DNA from: Octopus bimaculoides
Lineage: Eukaryota
Assembly (NCBI RefSeq): GCF_001194135.2
Contig: NC_068986.1
Span: forward strand, 22,721,471 to 22,785,470
DNA: 64,000 bases
Direction: 5' to 3'
Position numbers and translations under genes: made by a program. Of the stretch, positions 39,301 to 47,474 are shown in pieces. The notes below the pieces were generated by a model. That model saw only the letters and a list, made by a program, of their open reading frames with translations, was not told where the DNA came from and ran no database searches. Numbering within the stretch: position 1 is the stretch's first letter; each line of letters begins with the position of its first letter.

Positions 39301-42300
39301 GACTCACCGATATATTTCCTGTGAAGAACAAGTGTGCTTTGAAGTATGATTTGAAAACCACTGACTTAAATAATATAGACATAATAATCTCTATAATTAC
39401 CGTTTCTGGTTAAAAGCACACCATGTTCATGTATTTATAAGACTTGCAAGATGGTCATGTTTTTGACTGAGTTATTGACAGTGTGGTTTCTGTACTTAAC
39501 GTCAATCTATCCATCCTTTTGTCCGTTTGTCTGTACATCCATCTGTCCGCCTGTCAGTCATTCTGGCTAACAGTCTAGCGATTTTTCTACTAACTATTCT
39601 GTCATTCAGCTTTCAATAAATTCTTTCCTTTATTTTATTTATTCTTATTTTGTGCTTCAATTTGTGCAAATTAACATCGTTGATTAAAAAATTTTAAGGA
39701 GTCATCCTCAGAGTCACTGTACATCTGGTGTTGAAAGTGATAGAAGAATATTTAACTTGATACAGAACAAATATTCCAAGGGACTTCGTTCATAAAGTAC
39801 AGGTTTCCCCCATTTTCTTGATAACAATATATTCTTATTGAACCTTTTCTCTTCTACTATCATTTCTTTGATTCTATAATTTCTTTTCTCACTCCACTTC
39901 TCCAGACATCGATAAATTCATCAATCGATTCATCCATCCATCCAACAATTCTTTTCTATGTACCATTCTATCTCTCTTCCTTCATTTATTTCGTTTCCCC
40001 TCTTCATTCTTTCTTTCCTTCCTTCCTTTTCCCTTTCCTCTATCATCCACCCTAGAAGCAAGTTTCATATATAAAAGATATACAATCATAGGTTGCTCCT
40101 AAAAGAGAAATAATTCCCATCCCTGTTCAAACATACCTGGGTAAATCATCCAACCAACCCATAGTGTGAATGTCTTCTTCAAGAGGTCGTTCTTTTAAGA
40201 CGTTATGTCGCAGGTTTAGAGTCCTCAGATCTTCATTAATAAAAATGGTGTCTGGTAGAAATTCTAAATTGCATTTGGATAAGTCTGCCTTGGTTGGAAG
40301 TTTAGCTGTTGCCTAGTAAAAGAGAATAAAACATGATAGCTGTTAAATCACTTTAATTAAAGATACAAATTTACACATCTGCATTTCAGCAGAGACCGTA
40401 ATGTAGCAAATTAATGAATTCAGTACATACTTTCACAAACTGACTAAACAGATAAACATATACAGAATTACGTAAATGATAAGCTGCTTGGTAAATTATG
40501 TAATTATGATAGCTTGTTTATCGTCAGAAATTGTATGTAAAAATGAATTGTATATTTGGTTCCAACAAAATACAACAGCACATGATTTTGGAGCTCATGA
40601 CGATTTGAACTTAGAATAATACAGTAGTAGTAGTAGTGGTAGGGGGGCATGTGCTGTAACAGCACGTCGCTGCATCCACCATTTATTGGTCATTCCCACC
40701 TTCTACTGGCGGATGATTCCTTTGCACCACTCAAGCGGCAACCTTCTAACTCATGGGTCTGTTATGGGTAGTCGTTTCTCGTGAGAATTTTACGAAGTCA
40801 AAGAGCGAATCCTATATCAACCGCTTTGAGTTACTTTTTATGAAACGCAGAAGAAAAGTTGGGTCTATTCTTTGACTTGTTGGTCCCTACACAGCACAGT
40901 AATGCTGCAATTTTCAAATATAGCTGTGTAATACGATTTTTGTCCTTAGGTAGTAACTGTTATTTCCTATTTAACTACCTCTAGAAAGTATGAAAATGGT
41001 TAATATTTCATTCAAACTTTGCTTTTGTTACGATATTTATTCAAACTTCGAAGAATCCCTCTCAATACAGGGCTATGATGCTCCCCAACTATTCTTACTC
41101 ATGATCAGAGATGCACATATTGTCAGCCACCAAGGGACATGCTCAAGTAGTTAAGGTCAAGCAACTGATAAGCAAATCTGTGGTTTTGAGAAGAATATTT
41201 GCTATAACGATATTTCTGCTTTAGCAGAATCTGTCTGCAATGTAATGGAAAATAGGTCAGTTTCAAAACATTGATGTCCAGGTCACAAAAGCAAAGTTTG
41301 AAGAGTAAGTCATTTCCTTTGATTTCTAGATATAAACAAATAGGAATTAACACTTACTGACAAAAAAAAACAAAACAAAAAAAACGTTACACAGTGTGAC
41401 CGCAGAACATACGAGCTTTCCCTAATTGATGGTTTCAACCACAAAATTTGTTCACAGAAAAACTAAAAAGTTTTTCTCGTGGGAAATAATTTATTTTGTT
41501 AGATTTCCAAATGGCCGCTTTGGCCTTTTAAAACAGACAATTGTTGTTCATTATTCTGATAAATTGTATTAAAAAAAAAAAAATCATTCTTCATACATGT
41601 TCTTCCCTTCCTCCTTCTCTGTGCATTCCAAAGTATATCCATCTATTTGCATAGCATCTTATTTTGCGGATTGAATTATGTCAATATTCATCTTTATGAT
41701 ACTCGTAATGGCGAATATAAACACTATAATTATCAAATCATATTAATATTGATTTCAAATTTTGGCACAAGGCTAGCAACTTCGAGGAGGGCATAAGTCG
41801 ATTACATCGACCCCCAGGGCTCAACTGGTACTTATTTCATCAGCTTCGTAAGGATGAAAGGCAAAGTCGATCTCGGCGGAATTTGAACTCAGAACGTAAA
41901 GTCGGATGAAATGCCGCAAAGCATTTTTCACACGCGGTAACGATTCTACCAGCTCACCATCTTATTAATAATATAAATTTTAAATTTTGGCACAGGGCCA
42001 GCAATTTGGGGGAAGGGGCTAAGTCGACTACATCGACCCCAGTGCTCAACTGGTATTTATTTCATCGACCTCGAAAGAATGAAAGGCAAAGTCAACCTCG
42101 GTGGAACTTGAACTCAGAACGTAAGGACTGACGAAATGCGAACTAACGATTCTGCCAGATCGCCGTTTTATTAATAATATTAATATTAGTATCATTATAA
42201 TATCAGAATTGAAATACAACATACCTTTTGAACTCTTTTAAGCCACTTACTATATGTGATTGTGTTGGTGAAAGACAGGTAGATTGACCTTTCACCGTGT

Positions 42301-43316
42301 AATGTAATTGTCAGTTTGAGGACATTTGGATGGTCTTTGAATTTCACTTCCTCCACATAACCTTTGGCCAGTTGCATTATTGATTTTTTCGAGGAAGGAA
42401 ACTTATCTGCGAATGAAGAAGCGAAATAAAAGAAAGCTTTTAAATCAAAGCAACTTAATAAGTTCCATGTTTAGAATGGAATTCTATAAGTATACAGGTA
42501 ATGATAACAATGTTGATGACGACGATGATGATAACAATTATGATGATGATGAGGAAAAGGAATCATTTCAGTAGGGAAAGATGTTTTGAGTATTGTCCCT
42601 TGATTAACCTCTTCTACTTTGGCGTGCATTGACCAAGGAAATGAAAAATTCCCTTCAGTGACCGCTAGTTTTGTTGTTAAGTGCTCAGTATCGTTGAAGG
42701 TTATTTTTTGGTGGGGTCTCTCCAGATCTTCTGGCTAATGTAGCTGTGCAGAATGAAAATGGTAACTACAGGTATATTGGCTAAAGATGGTAATCATAAT
42801 TGTATAAGTTAGAAATGATTTACAGAAGATGCAATGGTCAAAGACAGTTGATGTAGATGAATAAATCAAAGGTGATTAAGAAAAAATAATAGATCGAAGG
42901 TGGTTAAATACAGGCTCCCAACCTGTGGTCCGCGGGCCCCTGGTGGTTCGCAAAGGTAGTACAGAGGGTCCGTGAACTAAATTGAAATTACATAAAGATA
43001 AGCATATTAAAAGGGGGCCGTGGGAAAAGGTAGTGATAAGGTTGGGAACCACTGGTCTATAGACATGTCTGTGTGAACAAAATATCTTTCACATGGTTCA
43101 TATAAGTATACAGACAGTAGATAGTTAACATTGATGTACCATCAGAAAATAATTAACATAGGTGTATGTGTGTGTGTGTGTGTGCGTGCGTGTGTGTAAG
43201 TGTTTGTGTGCGTGCGTGCGTATATCGGAAGAGGGAGAGGGAGAGATAGAAATAGAGATAGATAAATAGATAGATTGATCGACAGACAGATAGATAGATA
43301 GATAGATAGATAGATG

Positions 43317-43362
<46 letters not shown>

Positions 43363-45295
43363 CTATGTGGAACTAATTAATCTCAAGAAATCAAGAATAC
43401 TTAAGTTGTAAACGAAAAGTGGACGTACCTCTGTGAATAAAAAGGCGGGTGCCAGAAATGGCACACAATCGCTGCACCCATTGATAGATGAGTTTTCCTT
43501 TTCTGACTAAAATTACGGAAGACAATTGAGCTTTGGTGAAAGTACTATCCTGCACGGGTTTCCCTGTAACGAAAATATGTTTTTCATTGGACGAAGAACA
43601 AGACTATAGGAAAGAAGTGAATCAACCGAATCAATCATTGTATCATAATGATACTTATTTCACATAAAAACCTCAGGAATTCAAGTACTATATATAAGGA
43701 TGGCTTATTACTGTAAGGAAGCACTGTATGAATAATATACGTCTAAGGAATTTTCAATACTGCCCGGACCATAACTAAAGCGGCCATACTGTGACCTTGT
43801 TTAATCTGATCTATACAAAGGCATCACATTTCTTTTATTACTTACTTCCCATTGGATTACTTTTTTACGGATGCAGACCCACAACTGGTTTTTAGGATTG
43901 TGGATTCTAAGTTATTACCAAAGATATTTGATGTGCGAAGGCACGAGGACTCGTGGATAAGATGTTGCACTCACGACTGTTAGATCGTGGTTCGATTCCA
44001 GGACCGGGCGGTGCGTTGTGTTGTTGAGCAAAACACTTCTTTTAACTTTGCTCCACTTCACTCAGCTGTAAATGATTAACTCTGCGACGGAATACTCTTT
44101 CGACCGGCAAAATGGCAGAATGTTGGCTTGCTCGCCTAGTCAGCAGAGTGGCATCATTCGAAGGCCAAATCATTACGAAACGCATTGTGACCAGCGAGGT
44201 ATGACTATTGTATAAGAAGCTTACTACCTGAAATCAAAATGCAAGGTGATTTCCATAACGCAATAAACTATTGGGGTGCCAACACAAACTTCATCTTAAT
44301 GTAGTACATCTGGGGTAATTATTCTTCACAGAGCCTATCTATCTTGAAGAAATATCTTCAAGAAGATAAAAGCAGAGGGGACTATTCATGATCATTCGAT
44401 CTGTTAGCTGCCAAATTTCCATCAAATCACACTTTATTGTCTTTAAAAACGAAAGAGGTGTTGGATAATGTCGTTCTAGATACACTATGTCTGAAGGGCA
44501 TATTGGACTATGTAGTCCTAGATACATTATATCTGGAAAAAATGATGAAAGAGTTATAGCTGTAGTGCTTTTAATCACAGAGCTACCTCAGTTAAAGCTG
44601 AACTGGGACTAAACAACAACAACAACAGAACACAATAATGGAATAAAACATTAAAAAAACTGACCTAGATAGAATTTAATGAGATAAGACAGATCTGGAT
44701 TGTATCCTTCTTCTTGAATCTTTCTGGGTTCCGTGTAACCAAGGTTTCCAAGAAATTCATTTTGAATGGCCAACGGATGATCGGTGGATTCCATTCTTGC
44801 AATGATATCTCCATTGAATTGAACATGCAACGAACTATGTGCAACACCGCACTGGGCACATATTCGCTGTGTGTTGGTACTTAAATTACACGGAACAAGA
44901 CGGGAGCTGTTGATGTTTCCATTTGGAACAAAAACTCGGATGAAACCATGGCTGGTATCCTCTTCGATCCATTTCTTTACATCGATATCGTTAACCGGAT
45001 CTTTACAAACGGTAAATTTGCTTGCTGTAGCAATGTTCTCTTCATTCACCTTAAGGTAAAGGTCAGCTAAAGAATCCGCCAAGTCCCATGTGTCGTCTTC
45101 AAATCGTGGTCGTTTGTCTCCCGAAACAGCTCTTTGGAAATTAGTACCTTTTGCATTGTCTGTATAATTCCACCAATACTGTTCCGACTTGGTATAAGAA
45201 TGGATGCTTGAATAGCTTGATCTATTACTTGAATTTGCAAAGTTATGCCGGTTCTTAAAGTTTGATCCGAACGCACTGTAACTTCTCAAAGACAT
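11143..45295 (-). CDS. PHLPP: PHLPP-like protein, 16 coding exons: join(45295-44665,43563-43429,42406-42225,40312-40137,38482-38336,36981-36530,35007-34947,32244-32149,31519-31361,28886-28689,26542-26380,25104-24974,19351-19217,18625-18419,15125-14888,12699-11143); 1555 aa
   Basis: Every intron read as GT...AG with matching phases; exon lengths sum to 4668 nt with one terminal TGA. Order RA-like (HGFIRVF..) - PH (VRKGKLIYQWVQRLCAISGTRL..) - LRRs - PP2C (RNKLCV, FGIFDGG, ANVG, NGITPCTRLIG) - C-terminal SYL matches the known PHLPP architecture. The frame is open back through the upstream acceptor, so a longer N-terminus cannot be excluded. Confidence 0.93.
11185..11517 (-). repeat. Coding tandem repeat, 3 x 111 bp (37 aa)
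   Basis: Units start at 11517, 11406 and 11295: NPGTSHPVNYIKPSSKTSSETQSNSSNDESNSKSTSS / NPGTSHSISYIKPFSKTSSETQSNSSNEECNSISTSS / DPETNLTIIHVKSSSTSSELHSNSSNNESNSTDSRDN. Confidence 0.9.
13869..14090. repeat. About 220-bp dispersed repeat, copy 1 (intron 15)
   Basis: Collinear with 17958-18173, high identity by eye. Confidence 0.85.
14888..15125 (-). CDS. PHLPP: PHLPP coding exon 15 (PP2C domain), 238 nt
   Basis: tattttgtag|G; KLKSVGQKIGASVAICHI...TVANVGMVQVVLCRNG...DGIVTE; donor GAA|GTAAGT. Confidence 0.92.
15556..15711. mobile_element. End of a repeat element starting aatataatataggataaat, inserted in (TA)n; truncated by a gap
   Basis: Matches 53696-53850 (..ataagaatttatcaagtagtcagcgtgaaaaaacctc..gggcattaactgtgt). 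Confidence 0.7.
16470..16935 (-). mobile_element. Two family-A tRNA-derived SINE 5' parts (head ggc(a/g)tggctgtgtggtaagaagcttgct..)
   Basis: Reverse complement of the family seen at 21867-22215, 28090-28440, 32296-32990, 48500-48950(-), 62960-63120. Confidence 0.8.
17958..18173. repeat. About 220-bp dispersed repeat, copy 2 (intron 14)
   Basis: Collinear with 13869-14090. Confidence 0.85.
18419..18625 (-). CDS. PHLPP: PHLPP coding exon 14 (PP2C domain), 207 nt
   Basis: poly-T..aacacaaaag|A; LCVAILN...GLFGIFDGGRNDEVA...YMKYALLSCHR; donor AG|GTAAAT. Confidence 0.9.
19217..19351 (-). CDS. PHLPP: PHLPP coding exon 13 (linker + start of PP2C domain), 135 nt
   Basis: cacttttag|G; QRKRVCLVDMRG...PWQSGFSQTSGMRNK (W-x-x-G-x-S/T-x-x-S-G-x-R/K-N-K as in PHLPP); donor AA|GTAAGT. 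Confidence 0.9.
19567..19937 (+). mobile_element. Full-length tRNA-derived SINE with 14-bp target-site duplication
   Basis: A box TGGCCCAGTGG, B box GGTTTCGATTCCC; TSD ATTTAACACACTCA at 19553-19566 and 19938-19951; (CAA)n tail; near-identical to 25771-26155. Confidence 0.92.
20390..20850. repeat. Degenerate (CAC/CAT)n low-complexity tract
   Basis: Mixed trinucleotide repeats; similar tracts at 17150-17335 and 24517-24600. Confidence 0.9.
21118..21500 (+). mobile_element. Palindromic tRNA-headed element with a minimal hammerhead motif (Penelope-associated / Sm-alpha-like)
   Basis: Inverted arms 21118-21250 and 21255-21391; A box TGGCATAGTGG, B box GAGTTCGATTCC; hammerhead core at 21398-21443; (GTAAATAAT)n tail. 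Confidence 0.75.
21398..21443 (+). ncRNA. Minimal type I hammerhead ribozyme motif (probably decayed)
   Basis: GACAC-CTGATGA-A-GGCTG(gagggtatat)CAGCC-GAAAC-ATT-GTGTT: stem I GACAC/GTGTT, stem II GGCTG/CAGCC. ATT stands where GTT would give the palindrome AACGTT. Confidence 0.65.
21867..22215 (+). mobile_element. Family-A tRNA-derived SINE, near full length
   Basis: Head ggagtggctgtgtggtaagaagcttgct..ggttcaatccc; central (TG)n; tail ..gactgaaacaactaaaagaataaaagaat. Confidence 0.8.
24974..25104 (-). CDS. PHLPP: PHLPP coding exon 12 (last LRRs), 131 nt
   Basis: ttccttcaccag|GTT; VLEVGFNQLFDIPMSNLVNSHVNLLDISGNPNITFNTTALQDLT; donor AC|GTAAGT. Confidence 0.9.
25771..26155 (+). mobile_element. Full-length tRNA-derived SINE with 11-bp target-site duplication
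   Basis: Same family as 19567-19937; TSD AATACAGGTTT at 25760-25770 and 26156-26166. Confidence 0.92.
26380..26542 (-). CDS. PHLPP: PHLPP coding exon 11 (LRR), 163 nt
   Basis: ttctattacag|C; TLSKLEALEELNISSNNLSHFP...FKEATELK; donor AAG|GTAGAG. Confidence 0.9.
26707..27312. mobile_element. piggyBac-like MITE interrupted by a LINE 3' end
   Basis: TTAA-CCCTTTCATTACC ... GGTATTGAAAGGG-TTTA termini. Confidence 0.7.
26854..27248 (+). mobile_element. 3' end of a restriction-like-endonuclease (R2-group, HERO-like) non-LTR retrotransposon
   Basis: CEDAGWKVEHFPIEVGCRGFVGQSVRRLL..LGL..VEKASHWIWLKRDD..W-stop resembles the C-terminus of HERO-type RLE ORFs as I recall them; followed by a GC-richer 3' UTR. 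Confidence 0.7.
28689..28886 (-). CDS. PHLPP: PHLPP coding exon 10 (LRR), 198 nt
   Basis: ttctgtattgccag|A; LKYLNLSKNVLVNLP...LAQNFLTDIPDS; donor AG|GTAAGT. Confidence 0.92.
28901..29201 (-). mobile_element. About 300-bp repeat containing a near-complete tRNA-like cloverleaf (anticodon position CGT) at 29078-29154
   Basis: D stem GCTT/AAGC, anticodon stem CGTGA/TCACG with loop CGCGTAA, T arm GTGAG-TTCGAGT-CCCAC; homologous to 61365-61620 and 61632-61806. Confidence 0.75.
29245..30110 (+). mobile_element. Degenerate RTE LINE, 3' part of the ORF, with a PHD-like zinc finger
   Basis: RVNLAKTKVL..WPCSICGK..FCYLGDQV..RIGWAKFRELLPLL..LHGNETWAV..LHWYGHV, with in-frame stops. Confidence 0.88.
30540..31070 (-). 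mobile_element. Family-B SINE cluster with a nested family-C fragment (30850-30946)
   Basis: Consensus ..gttcaaattccgccgaggtcgactttgcctttcatcctttcggggtcgataaattaagtacc..; other copies at about 13120-13330, 21510-21860, 23780-24090, 36040-36280, 41755-42170, 54605-54840, 56720-56935, 60105-60325, 62705-62890. Confidence 0.8.
31361..31519 (-). CDS. PHLPP: PHLPP coding exon 9 (LRR), 159 nt
   Basis: tttctccattgccag|G; IFTTAQKLQDLRAHHNCIRRLP...HDFLVNANK; donor AA|GTAATT. Confidence 0.9.
32149..32244 (-). CDS. PHLPP: PHLPP coding exon 8 (LRR), 96 nt
   Basis: about 35-nt poly-T then cag|C; NKIRDLPTWIAECFFMARLEVSHNMLHRLPIL; donor CT|GTGAGT. Confidence 0.9.
34560..34780 (+). mobile_element. piggyBac-like MITE
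   Basis: Flanked by TTAA on both sides; termini CCTTTTAG / CTAAAGGG. Confidence 0.8.
34947..35007 (-). CDS. PHLPP: PHLPP coding exon 7 (LRR), 61 nt
   Basis: tatttttgtag|AG; ELTTLNITPKPEWLVEMDLSH; donor CA|GTAAGT; phases 1/2 fit the neighbours. Confidence 0.88.
36530..36981 (-). CDS. PHLPP: PHLPP coding exon 6 (LRR), 452 nt
   Basis: ctccatag|G; LQVLRLHNNHLTTLPEEM...LKYMYAKDN; donor G|GTAAGA. Confidence 0.92.
38336..38482 (-). CDS. PHLPP: PHLPP coding exon 5 (LRR), 147 nt; not in the ORF track
   Basis: tttcttttcag|G; FRYLTSLNLANNDLKSFPSALCSMQSLTELNLASNKLEEIPPSIADLTR; donor AG|GTAAAT. Confidence 0.92.
38805..39024 (-). mobile_element. piggyBac-like MITE, same family as 34560-34780, opposite orientation
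   Basis: Flanked by TTAA on both sides; its reverse complement aligns end to end with 34560-34780. Confidence 0.8.
40137..40312 (-). CDS. PHLPP: PHLPP coding exon 4 (first LRRs), 176 nt; not in the ORF track
   Basis: tctcttttactag|GCA; ATAKLPTKADLSKCNLEFLPDTIFINEDLRTLNLRHNVLKERPLEEDIHTMGWLDDLPR; donor AG|GTATGT. Confidence 0.9.
42225..42406 (-). CDS. PHLPP: PHLPP coding exon 3 (PH domain C-half), 182 nt
   Basis: ttcattcgcag|AT AAG TTT..; DKFPSSKKSIMQLAKGYVEEV...YSKWLKRVQK; donor AAG|GTATGT. Confidence 0.9.
42911..43054. mobile_element. hAT/Charlie-like MITE
   Basis: Imperfect TIRs CAGGCTCCCAACCT ... AGGTTGGGAACCACTG; no clean 8-bp TSD seen. Confidence 0.5.
43429..43563 (-). CDS. PHLPP: PHLPP coding exon 2 (PH domain N-half), 135 nt; not in the ORF track
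   Basis: ttttcgttacag|GG AAA CCC..; translates GKPVQDSTFTKAQLSSVILVRKGKLIYQWVQRLCAISGTRLFIHR; donor AG|GTACGT. Confidence 0.9.
43935..44200 (+). mobile_element. Diverged tRNA-derived SINE
   Basis: B box GGTTCGATTCC at about 43990; body ..ttgagcaaaacac.. shared with the 19567 family. Confidence 0.6.
44665..45295 (-). CDS. PHLPP: PHLPP coding exon 1 (N-terminal extension + RA-like domain), ends phase 1
   Basis: ORF MSLRSY...LSYLIKFYL; donor G|GTCAGT at 44664; polypyrimidine tract + TAG/CAG acceptors at 45307/45298. Confidence 0.88.
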
Positions 45296-45959
45296 ATCTG
45301 CATTTTCTAAAAAAATAAGAAAATAAAAATCATTTAAAACAACTTCAAATAAATATTTTTTTAGCTGTTGCTAATTCTAAAAGACATGCATAGACAAGAT
45401 GTTAAACATAGACTGGGATGCGTAGATGATAAGAGTAACGGAAAATGATATGGAAGGCTGAAAGCAATAAGGTGAATATAAACAAACTGGTATCGTCGAA
45501 AACACTTTCACATAACTCTGCCTGATCAGTATCTTCCTATACCAATCCGACAAAGGCAATTGTAGGATATAGACGATTTTAAAACTACAATGTGAAAATA
45601 ATTTTACCAACTTATATCGTTACGTAATACACTTTTTTCTGACGAGAGTAGAAAAGAAACCAACCGCTCTCATGGTCAAAAGTTATCGACGGTTTTGCTA
45701 GCGATCATGTAGAAAAGTGTGGTAACACTCATTAGAATATCAATACCTATCTATTTACGGCTGCTTAGCTTGAATAAATACCTGGGAGATATTTACAGAG
45801 CGCACGTGAATGAAACAATTCAACATAAGCAACATAGGTGAGTGACAACGCTAGAGGAAAACATAAGCAACCTATTCTGCAAAATCAAACCGTTAGATAC
45901 TATTATAAAGTGTAAGGCAAATAATAAGTTCACAACATACCATAGGAAAATTAGAAAAT

Positions 45960-46870
45960 ATGTACAGAGGTCCTACACTAAATCTCGAGTGAAAATTTAT
46001 TACTCTGAAACATGAATTCAAAACCTGGAGTAAAAAACTGCTCTATCGTAGGCAATTTTTTAGAAAGAGCCACGGTAAACCGCAAATTTACTTCCAATCC
46101 ACAAGTCGCATACAACAGAAGGGGAAACAATACCGTAGTGAAAAGGTCTCTTTCCCAGGAAGATCTAATATTATATTGCTCTAAGATCTGGGACGAAAGT
46201 AAAGATTTCAATCGTAGTGCACCATGACTAGGTACTATACATTGCATGCTGGACCAATATCAATCGTACTACTGTTACGATTGACGCTGAAACTTCCACC
46301 AAAGCTGCTGGAAAACTGCATAAAGGGATATAACTAATCAGGAACCTCATAGTTGGTTACTAGAACAACATATTGCTTTTTTATAGAAACTCGAATGTAT
46401 ATGTACGATGTCCAGTTGGCATACCAAACTAGCTTGCTTAAGCACGAAGAAACCTTGTAACTACGAATGAAATCATTGCTTTAGCAGTGAACTATAGGCC
46501 AATAGCCAGCCTTAACATTGTGTATAAACAGTGTGTGAACTGCCTGAACCAAGTCCTTCAAGGCTGTTGTGGCTACACCATTTATTTTGTCACTTATGAG
46601 TTGATGGATGGAAAGAATGGAGCATGGGGATGCACCGGACAACTTTTAATAAATAAAGCTGTGTTGTCAGAACAAAACTGCAGGAAGTTTGTAACAGCAT
46701 GGCTTTATTACAGAAAGGCATTCGATTCCATTCCTCACCCACGGCTACTGATGTCACTCCAGCTGGCTAAAGTACTTTGCTGCCTTGGTTGTTGGTATTA
46801 AAAGATTTACAAAGACCTGGATTGCAATCTTCACCAAGTAACTGAAGGTAAAATGGTTGTCTCCAATGTT
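45960..46870 (+). mobile_element. Degenerate R4/Dong-like non-LTR retrotransposon RT fragment
   Basis: ..CSKIWDESKDFNRSAP.. then NYRPIASLNIVYK..GAWGCTGQLLINKAV..AWLYYRKAFDSIPH..SLQLAKV, with stops and frameshifts. Confidence 0.75.
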
Positions 46871-46965
46871 ATATGTCAAAGGAGATCCCGGATAGACGGA
46901 TAGATAGATGAATAGATATGTATGCATAATATATATATGGATATGCGCGCGCGCGTGTAAAGCAA

Positions 46966-47011
<46 letters not shown>

Positions 47012-47426
47012 GTGTTTGTGTGTGCATGCGTGTGTGTGTGTGTGCGTTTGAGTGCTTGTGCGCATGTATATTTCGGAAAGGTTTTCCTTTCACAGAGAGA
47101 GAGAGGNNNNNNNNNNNNNNNNNNNNNNNNNNNNNNNNNNNNNNNNNNNNNNNNNNNNNNNNNNNNNNNNNNNNNNNNNNNNNNNNNNNNNNNNNNNNNN
47201 NNNNNNNNNNNNNNNNNNNNNNNNNNNNNNNNNNNNNNNNNNNNNNNNNNNNNNNNNNNNNNNNNNNNNNNNNNNNNNNNNNNNNNNNNNNNNNNNNNNN
47301 NNNNNNNNNNNNNNNNNNNNNNNNNNNNNNNNNNNNNNNNNNNNNNNNNNNNNNNNNNNNNNNNNNNNNNNNNNNNNNNNNNNNNNNNNNNNNNNNNNNN
47401 NNNNNNNNNNNNNNNNNNNNNNNNNN

Positions 47427-47474
<48 letters not shown>

